A program made the translations under genes and the position numbers. This document shows, piece after piece, positions 13,078-27,579 of a DNA stretch of 64,000 bases. Location: positions 62,001-126,000 of the forward strand of contig MU057936.1 of assembly GCA_013265495.1 (NCBI GenBank), given 5' to 3'. The DNA is from Vicugna vicugna (taxonomy: Eukaryota). A model generated the notes under the pieces. It was given only the letters and a program-made list of their open reading frames with translations, was not told the DNA's origin and ran no database searches. Numbering within the stretch: the stretch's first letter is position 1; every line of letters begins with the position of its first letter.

Positions 13078-14600
13078 AGTGACGTTAAGCAAGATGGTCG
13101 AATACTCTTCCCTCAACAGCAGTAGTTTGGCATGCATCCAGAGACAAAAGCACCTCTGTGGGAGCCTGGGGATCCAGGTGGGAGGTGTGAAAACCCAGTG
13201 TATTCCAAGAACGAGGAGAGCCATTTTGAGAAGACAGGCCCACACCCAGGCAGCTGACTCTTGGCTATAGATTCGTAAACAGCTCCAGGAAGTAGGAGGA
13301 AAGCTGAAAATTTCACAATTATGTGAAAATTAACTACACGCTCCTGAGAAATGAATGAGTCAACAAAGAAATCAAAAGGAAATTTTTTAAAATCTGAAAC
13401 AAATGAAAATGAAAACACAGCTACCAAAATGTATAGTATGCAGCAAAAGCAGTTTTAAGAAGGAATTTGATAGTGATAAATGCCTTCACTAAGAAACAAG
13501 AAAAATCTCAAATAAACAACCTAACTTGATGCTTGAATTTTAAAACTAGAAAGGGAATTTGAAAACTAAGCCCAAAGTTAGCAGAAGGGGGGAAATAACA
13601 TAGATCAGAGCAGAAATAAATGAAATAGAGCTGAACAAAACAATAGAAAAGATCAACAAAAGAACTAAATAAAATTTTAGCAAACCACAATCAGCAGTTC
13701 ATTGTAAAAAGTACATCACAACCAAGGCCTAATCTCAAGATTTCAAGAACAGCACCATATTAGATCATTTAGCAAAGTAGTCAATTCACTAAAATAACAA
13801 ATAAGAGAAATATTTCGTTAATAGTACTTGTCAATATACCATTGAATAAAATGCAGCAACAGTTCATGATAAATAGTTTTGGCAAAGTTAACTTTCATAA
13901 GTGTATCTACCAGACACCTATAATAAATATATGTACAGTGTAAGATGCAGAGTTCTATAATAATTTATGTTAAAGACAGGAATAAAAAAAATCATCTCTT
14001 ATAAAAACAACGTTGTCTTCAAAATCCTACCAATTACACTAAAACAAGAGAAAAGATATGGAGCCTGGATGTAAAAGAGAGTATGAAAAAATAATGACAG
14101 ATTTCTCTCACTATCTGAAAATAGAGCATTCCTATAAAACCATTCATAGGCAAAAATGCCATAAAGTGAAGCAGCAATTCCTTAGGACATGTCTTGCTCA
14201 TGGAGGCACGAAATAAACTGACATTAAGCACAGATGCTCACAGACACAGGTCAAAGCGAAGGCATCTGGATGCTGAGATGCTGGGTGTAGTTCCCAGGGA
14301 AGGAGCTTGGCGGTGCGGCTCTCACTGCTCGGGTGCCTGCTGCCTCTATAAGAGCTCACTTCAAAACAAACCTAAAATACTATTTTTGCTTTTCAGCTTT
14401 TTTGTAAAAGCAAAAATCCTCTTCAGATCTCTTTCGGTTAACAAAAACAGGTACTAATGTAGGCCTTTCATAAAAGTGAAGTGGCATAACTTTTGGAAAG
14501 CGGAGGCTACCTGTATTTGCAGATAATACGATCATTTATGAAATAGTTCAAGATGACTGACGAACTGTTAGATTAAAGGGAAAATTCTGCAGTGGGACAT
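13078..14600 (+). mobile_element. Old L1 fragments (5' end remnant plus ORF2 pieces)
   Basis: agtgacgttaagcaagatgg 5'-end-like start. A-rich ORF2-like segment at 13300-13680 and a degenerate tatttgcagat motif near 14515. Confidence 0.6.
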
Positions 14601-16260
14601 AAATTTCTAATGACAGTGCTCCATAGGATTATGCTATTTTACTACAACTGTGCTTAGTACACCAGATGTAAGAATGGAGAGGAAGCATGTTGAATTGGTT
14701 TATAGTGTTGGTTTGTCAGTTGCATGTGGTTAAAAAACAGAAGTTTAATGGTATTAAGGGAATTTGTTTGGAAATAGTTTAGATAATCATTGAGATCTGA
14801 ATTTTATTTTTAGACTTACCATTTAAACCTAAATCTCCTAGATAATTGTCAACTAGATTTCCAACTTTATGCTATGTAGATGCATTTTAAATGTGATTTT
14901 TACTAAGAAAGTGAAATTTAAAGCACAGACATCCTTCCTTGATTTGTTTTTATTATACTCCTCCCCAAAAGTCACTTGAAAATCTCTGAGAAAGAGCAGA
15001 GTTAGTTTCCTTAGTGGAAAAAATGTTCTGACTAATCAAAATAATGTGTTCTGATCTTTTATTCAAATGAATATAGCTTCGTTAAAGAATGATAAGGAGA
15101 GATTACGTTCAGTGCGAAACAAAGCTAGCATTGTTAGAGATGCTATTTCAAGACGAATATATAACCTTTATTCCTTTGTTGATATTTAGTTATGATAATA
15201 AATTGACGTTGTTTTGAGTTGATAACAGCATTCTATCAGTTCCAGAATGTATCATGTAGTTTCTTGATTTAACGTACACGTAAATAAAAAGAGATCAAAG
15301 CAAAACTCATTTTTAAATGGAAATGAAAAGGAATGGGAGAAACAGAGATAACTACATATGCTTTGCTCGACCCTGCTGCAATGAATGGTACCTCACTGAA
15401 AACATTTTTATTAGATTTTAAACTTGTTGACTGATGAGCTATTTTTAATATTCTTTCTCTTGGAGATGCACTGGGTATACATACACATAATGCAATTCAT
15501 TTCTCATATACAGAACCACTTAAAGTTGAATAAAAACAAACAGCCTTCTAATCTCATGACATTTGGAAAACAGCATGTGGAAAAGAAATTAGAGTATGGA
15601 TTTGGCAGTAAAATAAAAATGACAGAATTGGATTCCCTCAATATTCTTTTCCAGCTTGAAGGAGATCTAAATTAAGAAGATTGTAAAGAGGGTAAAATGA
15701 GCCAATCATAAATAAAGCCAACTATTTCTAAAAACATTTCACTTTTAAACGTGCCAGTGATTTATTTATCTACATATTACTCCAGCGCTGTTCTTTAACT
15801 TGTAAATTTTGAAAATTTGCCTTTGTGGCAGGTTACTGACAATGAACTTAATCTGTTTCAGTTTAGGAAAATCAAGTCTACTCAAAGTGGCCTATACTTA
15901 TAACTTTGCATTTTGAAAGCTAACAAGCCCTTATAAGAAAAATGCAATCCCAAAGACAAACAAACAAAAAAGTAATGCAATCGTGCCTCTACTGAAATAG
16001 ATTTAGAAGCCTCCAGTGCAGCAGTGCTAATAATAAGATTTTGAAAGCAATTTGAACCCACAAAGTCAAGCAGTGACCTGTACGATTGATTCTGCTTCAG
16101 TAAGGGTACATGAATATATCATTTCTTTGGATTTCAGAAATGATAGATTTATTTCACTATAAATACAAAACCAGTGAAGTCAACTTTAGTTTTGAGTTAC
16201 TAAATTATTTCATGTCTACATATTTTACAAATTAGTATTCAGAAGTAGATACTTGGGAAA

Positions 16261-16777
16261 TGTCAAGGGACACAGTGGGCCGGTGGTGCGAGTGGTGAAA
16301 AAATTTACCAAAGGCAAAGGATGAGAGTAGAAAGAGTTTATTAGGTTACACTGCCATGGACAGCAGCGGGCCACACAGACAAGAGGTGCTTGTGTGAGTG
16401 CTGAGGGGCAGTTATTAAGGTCTTTTATGAGTAAGGGGTGGGTGAACACGGTGGGTTGGGGGATGCGTGTGTGCACAAGGCTCTGAGTGGTTGTAGGTGA
16501 GATAAGAAGTTTAGGTCCGTGAAGGGCAGTGGGGTTTATGACTCTGATAAGGTGGACTGAAACAAACCAGCCTGAGCTATTGTGAGATTAGACATTCCCT
16601 AGGCCTGTTAGTTTGTGAGGGGAAACATGCCCAGTAAAGAGTGTACTTCATCTGCAGAGGGATCACAGGCAGACATCTGGGAGCCCAGAAATGGGGATCA
16701 TTGGACTTTGAAGGACATCAGTGGGCCCCATAGGAACTACTTTAATCTGTCAGGTTAATTTTCTGTAGCTCCTCACA
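16261..16777 (-). mobile_element. Solo ERV LTR-like element
   Basis: TGT...ACA ends, AATAAA on the minus strand at ~16340, and a GC-richer island in AT-rich flanks. No clear TSD. Confidence 0.55.
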
Positions 16778-17012
16778 GTATAATTTCTGCTGGCAAAATG
16801 CATTATTTTGATCTATCATTATACAAAATGCTCCTTTTGATAGGGTATATAAGTCAATCTCACTTTGTAAGCTGACATTAAAGCAATTATTTAGCTTTAT
16901 GGTAATAAAAACAGAAATTGATCATGCATTTCTTGCTACACAGGGAAAATAAGAATTTCTATATTTAGGAGCATTAATTTCAAAAGATAAAAAAGCACAT
17001 TGTCAGTTGTTG

Positions 17013-17099
17013 GTGCCATCTAGTGCTGAGCGCACGACAGAGAATGGGTGAGACGCTGGTGCACAAACAGGAAACAAAGAGTACAGAGCCACCTAGTGA
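17013..17099 (-). promoter_or_regulatory. Two tandem CTCF-like motifs
   Basis: The minus strand reads GCACTAGATGGCAC (17013-17026) and TCACTAGGTGGCTC (17086-17099), close to the CTCF core CCASYAGRKGGCRS. Confidence 0.45.
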
Positions 17100-17235
17100 T
17101 TATTTTAGCCCTTCAAAGTCATCATATCCAGGAAGAGGGATGAACTGTGTTTAGATTTCCACAAATCTAAAATATTTTCAAATTTGAGATAGCATCAAAT
17201 TTTATTTCATCCTGGGAATCTTGATCCTCTAAAAT

Positions 17236-17989
17236 AAAGGTCAGTAAACTATGACCTATGGGCCAAATTCTGCCTGCCACCTATTTTTGTACAGCACAGA
17301 AGTTAACAATGGTTTTTACATGTTTATATAGTTGAAAAAAATCAAAGGAAGAATAACATTTTGTGACATAAGAAAGTTGTATGAAATTCTAATTTCACTG
17401 TGCATAAATAAAGTGTCATCAGAACCTAGCCATGCCCTCTTATTTACAGCCTGTCTCTGGTTGTTTTAGAGCAACAAGGAAATAGCTGAGTAACTGTGAT
17501 TGAAACTGAGTCCCCCTATAACTGAGTTCCTCTGCTGAGTTTATGATTAACCTCTCTAACCAAAACATTATCACCGTCTTGTCTAATACCTGTTCTCAAG
17601 GTTGAGGAGTATCAAAGAAAAGGGAGACTGAAAGGGAGCAGGGCCTTGTGGGCCCTCCCTCATACAATCCTTTCTGTCCCCCTTTTCACTTTTGTAGGAA
17701 ATAGGCTTTATGCAGCCTGCTTGACCTTTCCTGAGTTCCAAAGGGTAGATTTAAATAGTAGCTAATGAGGGAAGGAAGGGAATGCAGAAACAAAGGAGGA
17801 ACAGTCAAGAAACAATAGTGCAGCCCTGGGGCAGGGTCCTGGTTCCCCCTCAAGGAGTACACATGCAATATCTTTGGTGGGCTTCCTAACGTAGGGGGTC
17901 TTATTATCTGCTAATATAACTATATGTAGCACACGAAGCCTAAAATATTTACTGTCTGGCCCTTTGCAGAAAACATTTGCTGACCCTTG
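17236..17989 (+). mobile_element. MER58-like hAT-Charlie element split by ERV LTR-like sequence (~17500-17920)
   Basis: Left end ggtcagtaaactatgacctatgggccaaattc, right end cctaaaatatttactgtctggccctttgcagaaaacatttgctgaccctt. The intervening sequence is unrelated and LTR-like. Confidence 0.75.
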
Positions 17990-18394
17990 CATCAAAATAT
18001 GTTGGATTTTGAAAATCAATCAAAGAAAGAAAGAACACATGCATGTATTATATTTAGTATGTGTAATATATGTTTATATGTGTGTATAGCTAGAGCCCTA
18101 TTTCTAGTTTCATTAATATATCTACTTGTTGTAGTGTTTATTCAGTCTCACTTTAACAGCATGTTCCCTAGATAAATGTTATGATTGTTCTGTACAGCTT
18201 CACCCTCAAGGAATCAAGGATACATGCTTCAAGTTTGAGCTTCATTATTTTTGTTTTTACCTTTATCTCTTTCTTCATGGATGGTTCTCGTCTTGTCCTG
18301 AGGGCACAAAACCCTCAGGAGACATTCCTGTGGCCCAGAGCTCCACACCCTTCACTGCACTGTTCACACCATCTGGGTGATTTCTTTCTTTCCT

Positions 18395-19370
18395 TTTTTT
18401 CTTTGAAGTATAGTCAGTTTACAATGTTGTGTCAGTTTCTGGTGTGCAGTGTAACAGTTCAGCCACACATATACATACATACTTTCATTTTCATATTCTT
18501 TTTCATTATAGGTTACTACAGGATGTTGAATATAGTTCCCTGTGCTGTACAGAAGAAACTTGTTTACCTATTTTATATATAGTAGTTAGTATCTGCAAAT
18601 CATGAACTCCCAATTTATTCACCACCCCCCTAAAACTGTTGCCAGTGGATGTAAACAGTGTTCTAGGTTCTTGTTCTGTCCCAGAAAGAATTCAGAGATA
18701 AGACACGGAGGTTAAGAAAGTCAAGTGAAGATTTATTTAGTAATGGATAGTACACTCTCAAGAGGAGAGCAGGCAGGCTGAGGTGAGTGGCTGCCCCGTT
18801 TCTTTGGTAAGTGAGTTACATAGGGTGTAAAAATGAATGGGCGGAATATTCATTGGGGAGGGAAGGGCTTGGGGTCATATTCCCTGATTTTCATCCCAGC
18901 TCCACCTTCCCAGAGGGAGGAGGGATTTTTGTCCATATTTGGTCTGCATCAGAAGTGTCACGGCATTGGTGCATGATGGGTACTTCTAATCTGCAAGGCT
19001 AATTTTATCCTAATGAGGGCATAATGAGCAAAAGGTTACATTCAGACACTAGAAATTCCTTCCTTTTCCCACCTTTCTTATTTAGCCTTCTGGCAGCTTA
19101 TCACTCCCAGAGGTGTGACCACTTATCAGCCCAGAGGTTCCTGCTTTTCTTTCTCTGCCCAGAGACCCCTGGTGCTTACATGATGTTTCCTTTCCTATAT
19201 TAGGCCTGCGCCCCTCTTTTCTGCCCAATTCCTGCCTTTTGGCCTGTGTCCCCCTTTCTCTGCTCATATCTAGCTATCTGCCTGCTCTAAAACAGCCAGA
19301 AGTTTGTTTTCTATGTCCTTGAGTTTGTTTCTGTTTTGTAAATAAGTTCATTTGTCTTTTTTTAGATTCA
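18395..19370 (-). mobile_element. L1 3'UTR fragment interrupted by a solo LTR
   Basis: L1 3'UTR at 18395-18636 resumes at ~19295-19370 (aagtttgttttctatgtc...ttttttagatt). Confidence 0.75.
18637..19294 (-). mobile_element. Solo ERV1-type LTR (~660 bp)
   Basis: Starts TGT, ends ...aaaca, has AATAAA on the minus strand at 18732-18737, and cleanly interrupts an L1 3'UTR. Confidence 0.7.
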
Positions 19371-19993
19371 GCTGGGTAATTTCTTAACAAAGGTCCTTAA
19401 CAAAGGGTGAGGAATTGTAAATCATTGCTTGATATTTCCAAGGGGTTAACAAAAGGTATTTGAGATTCTATTAACATTGCTTCAGGAGAACAGGCCAGTC
19501 CCCATCTTCCCTGACTGGAGATTTTGATAGCATGATGTCTCTATAAAATAGAAACAGGCCCGAAAGAAAGATAAAGATGCAATGGTAAAGGTTAGAAAAT
19601 GCCAATAAAATTATTTTAAGAAGTATGCAGACATGATGGCTGCTTTTGACATGTGAAAGGGGAAGAATGGAAAATTGCAGGAGGAAGGTGAATTAATGTA
19701 TTGTTGACTGCTCTGGACATTAGGCTGCTATGCTTGGGATGAAATGATTTTGAAACGTACTTGAGATTTGTCTCATATTATCTTCTCAGACTTCCCTGAT
19801 TTATAGAATTCATTTGTAATTTGGATTGTGAAATGTTGAGACATAACAAAATGCATTTTAAGATGCTTTGCTTTTGCAGATAATCATGTCAAATTTATTC
19901 CCTCTATTTTACAACCTTAATATCACTACTATCTGTAATTTGTGAAGGTAGTACAAAAAAGAATTCTTACATAAATGGAATACTTTATAGAAA

Positions 19994-20480
19994 TGTCGAC
20001 TGCAAAAAAAATATACAACGTAAGAGTTGTGAGTTAAGTTTTATTTGGGGCACAATGAGGACTATAGCCCAGGAGACAGTGTCTCAGATAGCTCTCAGGA
20101 CCTGCTCCGAAGAGGTGGAGTGGAAAGTCAGTGTTACATGATTTTAGTTAAGGGGGTGTCAACTGAAAAAAATGCAGAACCTAAAAGTTGAGAGTTATGT
20201 TTTATTTGGCAGACATTCCTGGGGACTTAAGCCCCACGATTTAAGATGGTTCTGATAGACTGTTCTGGAGAGGCAGGGGAGGAGCCAGGGTATATATCGG
20301 TTTTTCCAACAAAGACCAGGTAGTTGGAACATTAAAGGATTAGTGTTAATTAAAGAAAGCCAGATATTTCAAGTTAAGGAATTTAGCACTTTTCTATGTA
20401 TGGAAAGATGCAAAAGTCTGGGTTCACTTTTGAGATGCACCTATCTCTCTCGGGCCAGTGTCCTGTTCTTTTTCTGTCCC
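19994..20480 (-). mobile_element. Two adjacent truncated MER41-like LTR pieces (19994-20156 and 20157-20480)
   Basis: Both begin tgtc(g/a)actg-aaaaaaa...aaagttg(t/a)gagtta.gttttatttgg, resembling laurasiatherian MER41-type LTR ends. Confidence 0.65.
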
Positions 20481-21972
20481 CATCGTCTTGCTGTTACAAA
20501 ATGCTTGAGTTAACATCCTTTCTACATATCCCTTTGTAATATGTTTGAGTATTTCTGTATGAAAGATTAATAGAAGTGGAATTACTTGATCAAAACATGT
20601 ACATTGAAAAATTTAAAAGATATATACAAGGTATCTGTGTCAACGTGTATTCCCCCAACCATTTGAGAGTTCCCAAGCCCTGTTTTCCTAAGAGTGCTAA
20701 CATACTTATGCCCCTACTAAGGATGAACCTATGGAAAGATATGAATTAAAATTAACATTGAATAGTACTTTTGAATTTAATACAGTTTTGCCCTCTATGT
20801 CAAATTTATCCCTACACAAATGTTGGAATATAGCTTTTATTAATTCTAATTTTAGATAAGTGAAGTGAAGCATTTCAATAAATGAGGACACTATGGAAAG
20901 GAGAGATGTAATCAGAACTTCTGGTGCTAATTTCTTATATTTTTGTACTGTGCTGGCTTCTCCTGACACGAATAGGGTATGTGCAGTCAGGAGGTCATAC
21001 ATCAAAAGGAATGCAGAACTTCTACTCAAGCATTTCCAGGACGTATTTCATCCCCCAAAGGCAGCTTTGATATATAGCTTTATCACATTTTCCAAAACTG
21101 AGATTCATGGCAGTGGACTTGCAACCAGGGACCTGGATTGAACTTGAAGTCAACTAAAACTCCAAGTTTCTTTGTTTGTTTATTTATTTATTTATTTTTT
21201 GCTGCTGCTTCTGTTACAAGTTTAACATAAATGACCACTTAGCTAGGTTTTCTTACTCTGTTTATATATGCAGTGGATTTTTTTTTAAAAAAATCCTGAG
21301 TAAAGAAATTCATATGTATCCTTACAGGATATAAATGCATCACCTTGCAAATTTTGGCTCATATATGCACTTGTCAAGATCTTGATGCTTGATTCTGTTA
21401 TCTGTCATATTGGCTGACTCTTCCATTTTTGCATCATACATGCGTTTAACAAACATCCATCCTTTCTGTGAATTCATTCAACTTACTTATTAAAATGTTG
21501 AACAAAACATACCTAAGCACATCCCTGTACCGTAATCATCTTTTCTGAAGGTGAACACCATTCTGGGTATGTCTGTCTTTAATAGAAAGAGCCATAACCC
21601 TGAATTGAAATGAAGCTGATGTCACTAGCTCAGGTGTGGGGTATATATGACTGTGGCAGAAAGAAATGGAAATGAAAGGGGCAAAGCAACTACTTTTCAC
21701 TCCAATCTATATTTAAACTTGCTTAATGGGAAAGGTAGTAGAGATGGGCCATGTGTAAATTGAATTAAATTCTTATAAAAATGAGATGTCTTTATTTTTT
21801 TTCCTGAGCATCAGTGTAATGAATAATTAAAATGCCCTCCCTCTTCTTAGACTTGCAGAAAGCAGTGAATTTTTCATATTCACTTGACTGATTTATTGGC
21901 TAATATTTTCTTTTTTTTTCAATGAGCTCCTCTGCCTGCTGGATTGTAGTTTTATCATTTTGGCAATTATGT

Positions 21973-24900
21973 TTTTTTAATTGAGATAAAACTCACATAA
22001 CATAAAATTAACCATTGTAACCATTTAAAAAAGGCACAATTCAGTGGTTTTTATTATATTCACAGTGTTGTGCAACCATCACCAATAAATAATTCAAGAA
22101 CATTTTCCTTACCCCAGAAGGAAACTCTGTACCCATTAAGCAGTCACTCTATTACCCTGTGCCTAGCAACCACTAATTTATTTTCTGTCTCTGTGGATTT
22201 GTCTCCTATGCACAGTTCACATAAATAGAATTATATAACATGTGGTCTTTTAAATCTGGCTTTTTACTTAGCATAATGTTTTCAAGGTTGATCCATGTTA
22301 CAGGATGTATCAGTACTTCATTCTTTTTATGATTTAATAATATTCAATTATAGTGTGTGTATACACATACACACGTCACATTATTTTTTACCCGTTCTTC
22401 AGTTGGTACACATTTAGGTTGTTTACAGTTTGGGATTATTTTGAATAATGTTGCTGTGAACATTTATCTCCAAGTTTTTGTGTGAACATGTATGTTTTCA
22501 GTTCTCTTATGTATGTACCTAGAAGTAGAATAACTGGGTCATGTGGTAACTATGACTAAATATTTTTTAGGGAACTGACAAGATGTTTTCTATAGGTGCT
22601 GCACCATTTTGCATTCACACTGGCAATCCAATTTCTCTGCCTCTTCACCAAATTTTCTTACCTGTCTTTCCTTAATCACAGTCTAGGTGTGAGGCAGTAC
22701 CTCATTGTGGTTTTGATTTGCATTTCCCTAGTGATTAATGATGCCTGGCATCTCTGTCTGTGCTTGTTGGCCATTTGTATATCTACTTCGAAGAAATACA
22801 TGTTCATGTCTTGCCCATTTTTTCAGTTGGGCTTTTTATCTTTTTGTCATTAAGTGGTAGAAGGTCTTTATATATCCTAGATTCTAGGCCCTTATCAGGT
22901 ATATAACTTGCAAATATTTTCACCCATTCTGTGCACTTTATTTTGACTTTTTTTAGTCTCTTGATGCATAAAATATTTAATTTTGATAAAGGTCAATATA
23001 ACTTTTTTCTTTATAATCATTTGTGCTTTTAGTATCATATTTAAGAGAGTGTTGTCTAATCCAAGATTGCAAAGGTTTACACCTATATTTCTTTCTAAGA
23101 GTTTTACACTTACAGCTAAGTATACCTAAGTGTATGCATTTAGGTCTGTGATTCATTTTGCAATAATTTCTGTATACAGTGTGAGATAGGAGTTCAAATT
23201 CATTATTTTGCATGTGGATATCCAGTTTTACAGGAACCATTTGTTTAAAAGACTATTCTTTCCTCAATGAATGGTCTTGACACTTTTATCAAAAACCAGT
23301 TAACCATACATGTAGGATTTTTTTTCTTGGGTTCCCACTTTTGTCCTATTAATCTATATGTCTATCCTTATGCCAGTTCCACACTGTTTTGATTACTGTC
23401 ATTTTGTAGTAAGCTTTGGAATTGAAATTGTGAATCTTCCAACTTTGTTTTAATTCCTCAGGATTGTCTGGGCTATTCTGTGCCTCTAGCATTTGCATAT
23501 GAATTTTCAGATCAGTTGGTCCATTTCTGCAAAAAAGACATTTGGAATTGTGATAGTGATTATATTGAATCTGTCAATCAGTTTGGGGAGTATTACCATC
23601 ATAACACAATTAAATTTTCCAATACATGACCACAGGATGCCTTTCCATTTACTTAGGTCTTTTTTAATTTCTTTCAATAATGCTTTGTAAATTTCAGTGT
23701 ACAAGTCCTGCACTTCCTGCATTAAACTTATCACTAAGTATTTTATTCTCTTTGAAGCTTTTATAAATGGAATTGTATTCTTAATTTCATTTTGGATTAT
23801 TCATTGCAAGTGTATAGAAATACAACAGATATTTATATTTTCTTCTTGAATCCTGCAGCTGTGCTGAAGTCATTCATTGGCTCTCATAGTTTTTGTGGAT
23901 TATTTAGGGCTTCTGAATACATGATCATGTCATCTGTGAACACATGAAGTTTTTACTTCTTCCTTTCAAACCTGGATGTATTATATTTATTCTTTCCTCA
24001 TTACCTTGGATAGAACTTCCTGCACACTGTTAAATAGAAGTGGTAACAGAAGAAATCTTTTTCTTGTTCCTGGCTTTAGTGGGCCTTTCACCATGAAGTG
24101 TGATTAGTTGTGGATTTTTCAAGTGCTTTTTGCCAAGTTGAGGAAGTTCCCTTCTATTCCTTGTTTGTGGAGTGTTTTTGTATCATTAAGAGTGGTGGAT
24201 TTTGTTACTTTTCTGTATACATTGAGATAGTCATGTGGAGATTTTTCCTTCTTTCTGTTAATACAGTATATATTATTGGTTGATTTTCATAGGTAGAGCC
24301 ACACTTGCACTCTTGGGATAAATCTCATTTGACCAAGGTGTATAATCCTTTTAATATGCTGCTGGATTCAGTTTGCTAGCATTTTTTTGAGTGTTTTTAC
24401 ATCTGTAGACATTAGGGATATTTTTCTGTAGTTTTCTTTTCTTGTGATATCTTTGTATGGCTTTGATACCAGTTAATATTGGCCTTAAAGAATGAGTTAA
24501 GAAGTGTTGCCTTCTCTTCTATTTTTTGGAAGAGTTTGAGAAAGATTGATGTTAAATTGTAAATGTCTGGTAGAATTCACCAGTAAAGCCACCTGGTCCT
24601 GGTTTTTTCTTATTATAAATCTTGTAACCTTCAAATTAAACCTCTTTACTTGTTATGGTTCTGTTCAGATTTTCTATTTCTTTATAAGTCAGGTTTACTA
24701 CTTTGTGTTTAGAGGAACTTGTCTTTTCCATTTAGGTTATATAATTTATTGGCATATAGTAGCTCATAATATTCTTTTATAGTCCTTTTTATTTTTGTAA
24801 AGTCAGAAGTAATGCCCCATTTTAATTCCTGTTATTAGAAATACAAGTTTTCTTTTTTTCTTTGTCTAGCAAATGGTTTGTCCATTTTTTTGATATGTCC

Positions 24901-25440
24901 AAAGAACCAACTTTTGATTTTGTTGATTTTCTCTATTGTCTTCTATCCCCTATTTCATGTCTCTCCACCCTAATTTTTATCATCTTTCCTTTGGTTTTCT
25001 TTGGCTTTAGTTTGGTCTTCTTTTTCTAGTTTCTGAAGGTGGCAAGTTACATTATTGTTTTGAGATCTTTATTTTTTTTTAATATAGGCATTTACAGGTA
25101 TAAATTTTACTCTGAGCCTTACTTTGAATGTATCCCATAAGTTTTGGTATGTTGGGGGTTTTTTGGTTTAATCTCAAAGTATTTTCTAATCTTGTCTCAG
25201 GTGACTGGGGCTAGTGTATTTGTATATTAAATGCTTTTGATAAATGCTTACTGAGAGGCCAGTCTAGCCATGAAAAAGTTCCACGGTGGGCAAAACAAAA
25301 GCAAGCCCTTGAATTGATCCTTCAGAGAGCCGTCAGATGGGACAAAACTTCAGTTCTTTGAGAACAAAGTTTTTATGGCCCCCTCTGACATCTGTGGGCA
25401 GCACTCAGAACCACTACTACTACAAAAACTGAAAGAGGCC
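21973..25440 (-). mobile_element. Old L1 (L1MB-like 3' end through ORF2)
   Basis: 3' end ttgagataaaactcacataacataaaattaacc. ORF2 remnant DLYTEIYKALLKEIKKDLSKWKGILWS. Confidence 0.85.
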
Positions 25441-27579
25441 TTGAGAAATTTTCTTCCTCTTCTACAGTGTCTGTTCAGAGTTGTCTAATACATATTTGAC
25501 CTTGTTAGTTATAAAAGTGCTGTCTTCTTTTCTGTACTTTAATTCCTTAAAGATGTACTCTGGCTTTAATGATCACTCATTCCTTAGTAGTTTTGTCAGT
25601 GGGGCAGAATAGATGCTCAGTGCACATTTGTTAATCAGGTCATCTCTGTGTAAGGGAGAAGAACTAAGACCTTGAAAAACTGATACGCCTTGCAGTGGCT
25701 CAGCCAATACTCAGCAGGGAAACCTAGCTGAAACCCTGGAACTCCCCATAAAAATCTTGTGTTTATTAGCCACTTTGGATTTGAATCCTCCCTTGCTACT
25801 TGAACTTGCCCTTGAGGGCACAGACCATGTATTGAACTTCCAGAATATTGTGTTTCTTTCTTTGCCCAATTCTAATCCCAGTGCTCAAAGGTAGCTCCAA
25901 AAGAGGTCTTTAAGAATTATATGGGCTGCTTTATTCTAAATATTTTGTTGTTAGAAAATATTTCAGGGGAAAAAATGCTTTATGGTCAGTCCCAACTGCT
26001 ACGCAGCAAACTGGCCAGCTACAATTTCTCAGATTGCTACAAATCTCAGGGCTGTGTAGAGACTACAGGGTAATGATTCCTGTCGCCTGTTTGTCAGTCC
26101 TTCCAAAAGAGCATCTGTGCCTCTAATTGCCCATTCAAATAGCTTTCAGATCTCGGAAATTCCATAAGATAAAACCTTTGTAGTAAATGTCACCGTGTGA
26201 CAATATACTCCCCTTAGAGGGAGTACAAAGGTAAAGCACATGGACCTGAGGGAGAAGTGAACCACACAGATCTGTGGATGTGATAGAGTCAAGAAGAAAA
26301 TTAACCATTTCCTTTACTGTGAATAATGTCTTCGTGATACTGAGTATTATCTTTCCAAAATGCTAATTCTTACTCAGTGCCCTCAGGTCTTGCCCCTAAT
26401 CCAGTGTGGGAGCAAATCTCTCAGCTCAGTCACCAGTAGGCAAGGAGAATAAAACTGATAAACATAAACCCCTCAGCCCTTAGCCAGGAAAACAATAAAT
26501 CACTTCAACAGATATGTAATGAACAGGCTGCCCAGAAGGAATTCTGAGCTCCCCAAGCAGGGATTGAAGTCCAAATGTGCATCTCTGATCACTGTCTCAA
26601 CAGATGAAAAACGCAGAAGAAAGAGAGAACCAAGTTGAAAACTTGAAGGCACCCAAAATTTAGCAAGAGGCTTAGTATACAGTAATCACATCAATCTGTT
26701 CAGGTCAAACACTAAAACTTCTTTGCACTAGGAAGTCTTCTTAGGTCCAGCCAACAACTGTAGGCACTTGTTTAAAAAGGAATGCGTTAATGCAGGGGGA
26801 AGACTGTATAGAAAGAGAAGACAAACATACTTATGGCCTATACTCTGCGTTTTGTTTTGTACGATGTTGGATGTAAAATTTACTTCTTGCTTCTGAAAAT
26901 TGTTTTTCAGCCATAAAGCTTTCAAAAATATAGTGTACCTAACTCAAAGCCTTTAAAATTGATGTTATAAAATTTATTTTAGCACCCTTATAAATCAGCA
27001 CTTGGTGGTAACAAATTATTGGAATGAGCTGTATATTAAAAAGACAAATCAGAATTTAACAGTGAAGATAGAGGTGTTTCAAATCAGAAACTAACTAATG
27101 GGAACATTTGTAAACGTGACAATGATTTACAGCAGGGCTCTTTGAGTGTGTAAATCCTGCAGCTTTTACATCTATCAGCTGGGGCTTTTGGTCCATTGTT
27201 TATAAATCAAGAAGTTAATGAAGAGTCAGGGATCTGTAAATCCAGACACTAAATTAGAAATTTGAGAGACAGAGAAAAAACAGGAGCTCTTTCCCTGAGC
27301 TGTACGTGGTATAAAAGCAGCCAGAGAGAAGTCTGAAACTCGGCTTGATGAAGAGCGTGTGGTTCCAAAGCCTGACAGAGATGCCGGGGTCCCTCCCGAC
27401 AGCCAGCAGCACGCAGCCATCTGCTTTCCAGCTCAGCTGAGGACGCGGCAACAACTGAGAGAAACAGTCCGCGTGGTGGAGAAGGAAGCTCAGGTTCAGA
27501 GAAGTTCAGTTTCCCCTTTAGAGCCTCAGGAAAAACTACAGGCTGCAGAGGCAGCCACCTCATCCCCCCTTTGCCCTGA

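Noticed and set aside
14275..14300. ZNF143/THAP11-like motif gatgctgggtgtagttccc
   Set aside because: The spacing between half-motifs is shorter than the consensus, and there is no CpG island or gene nearby.
19994..20480. MER41-like LTR as an interferon-inducible enhancer
   Set aside because: I found no TTCNNNGAA (GAS) motif in these truncated pieces.
21590..21610. gccataaccc resembling TMEM47 exon 3 (WGYG) on the minus strand
   Set aside because: Only about a 10-bp match; the flanking codons do not translate to TMEM47.
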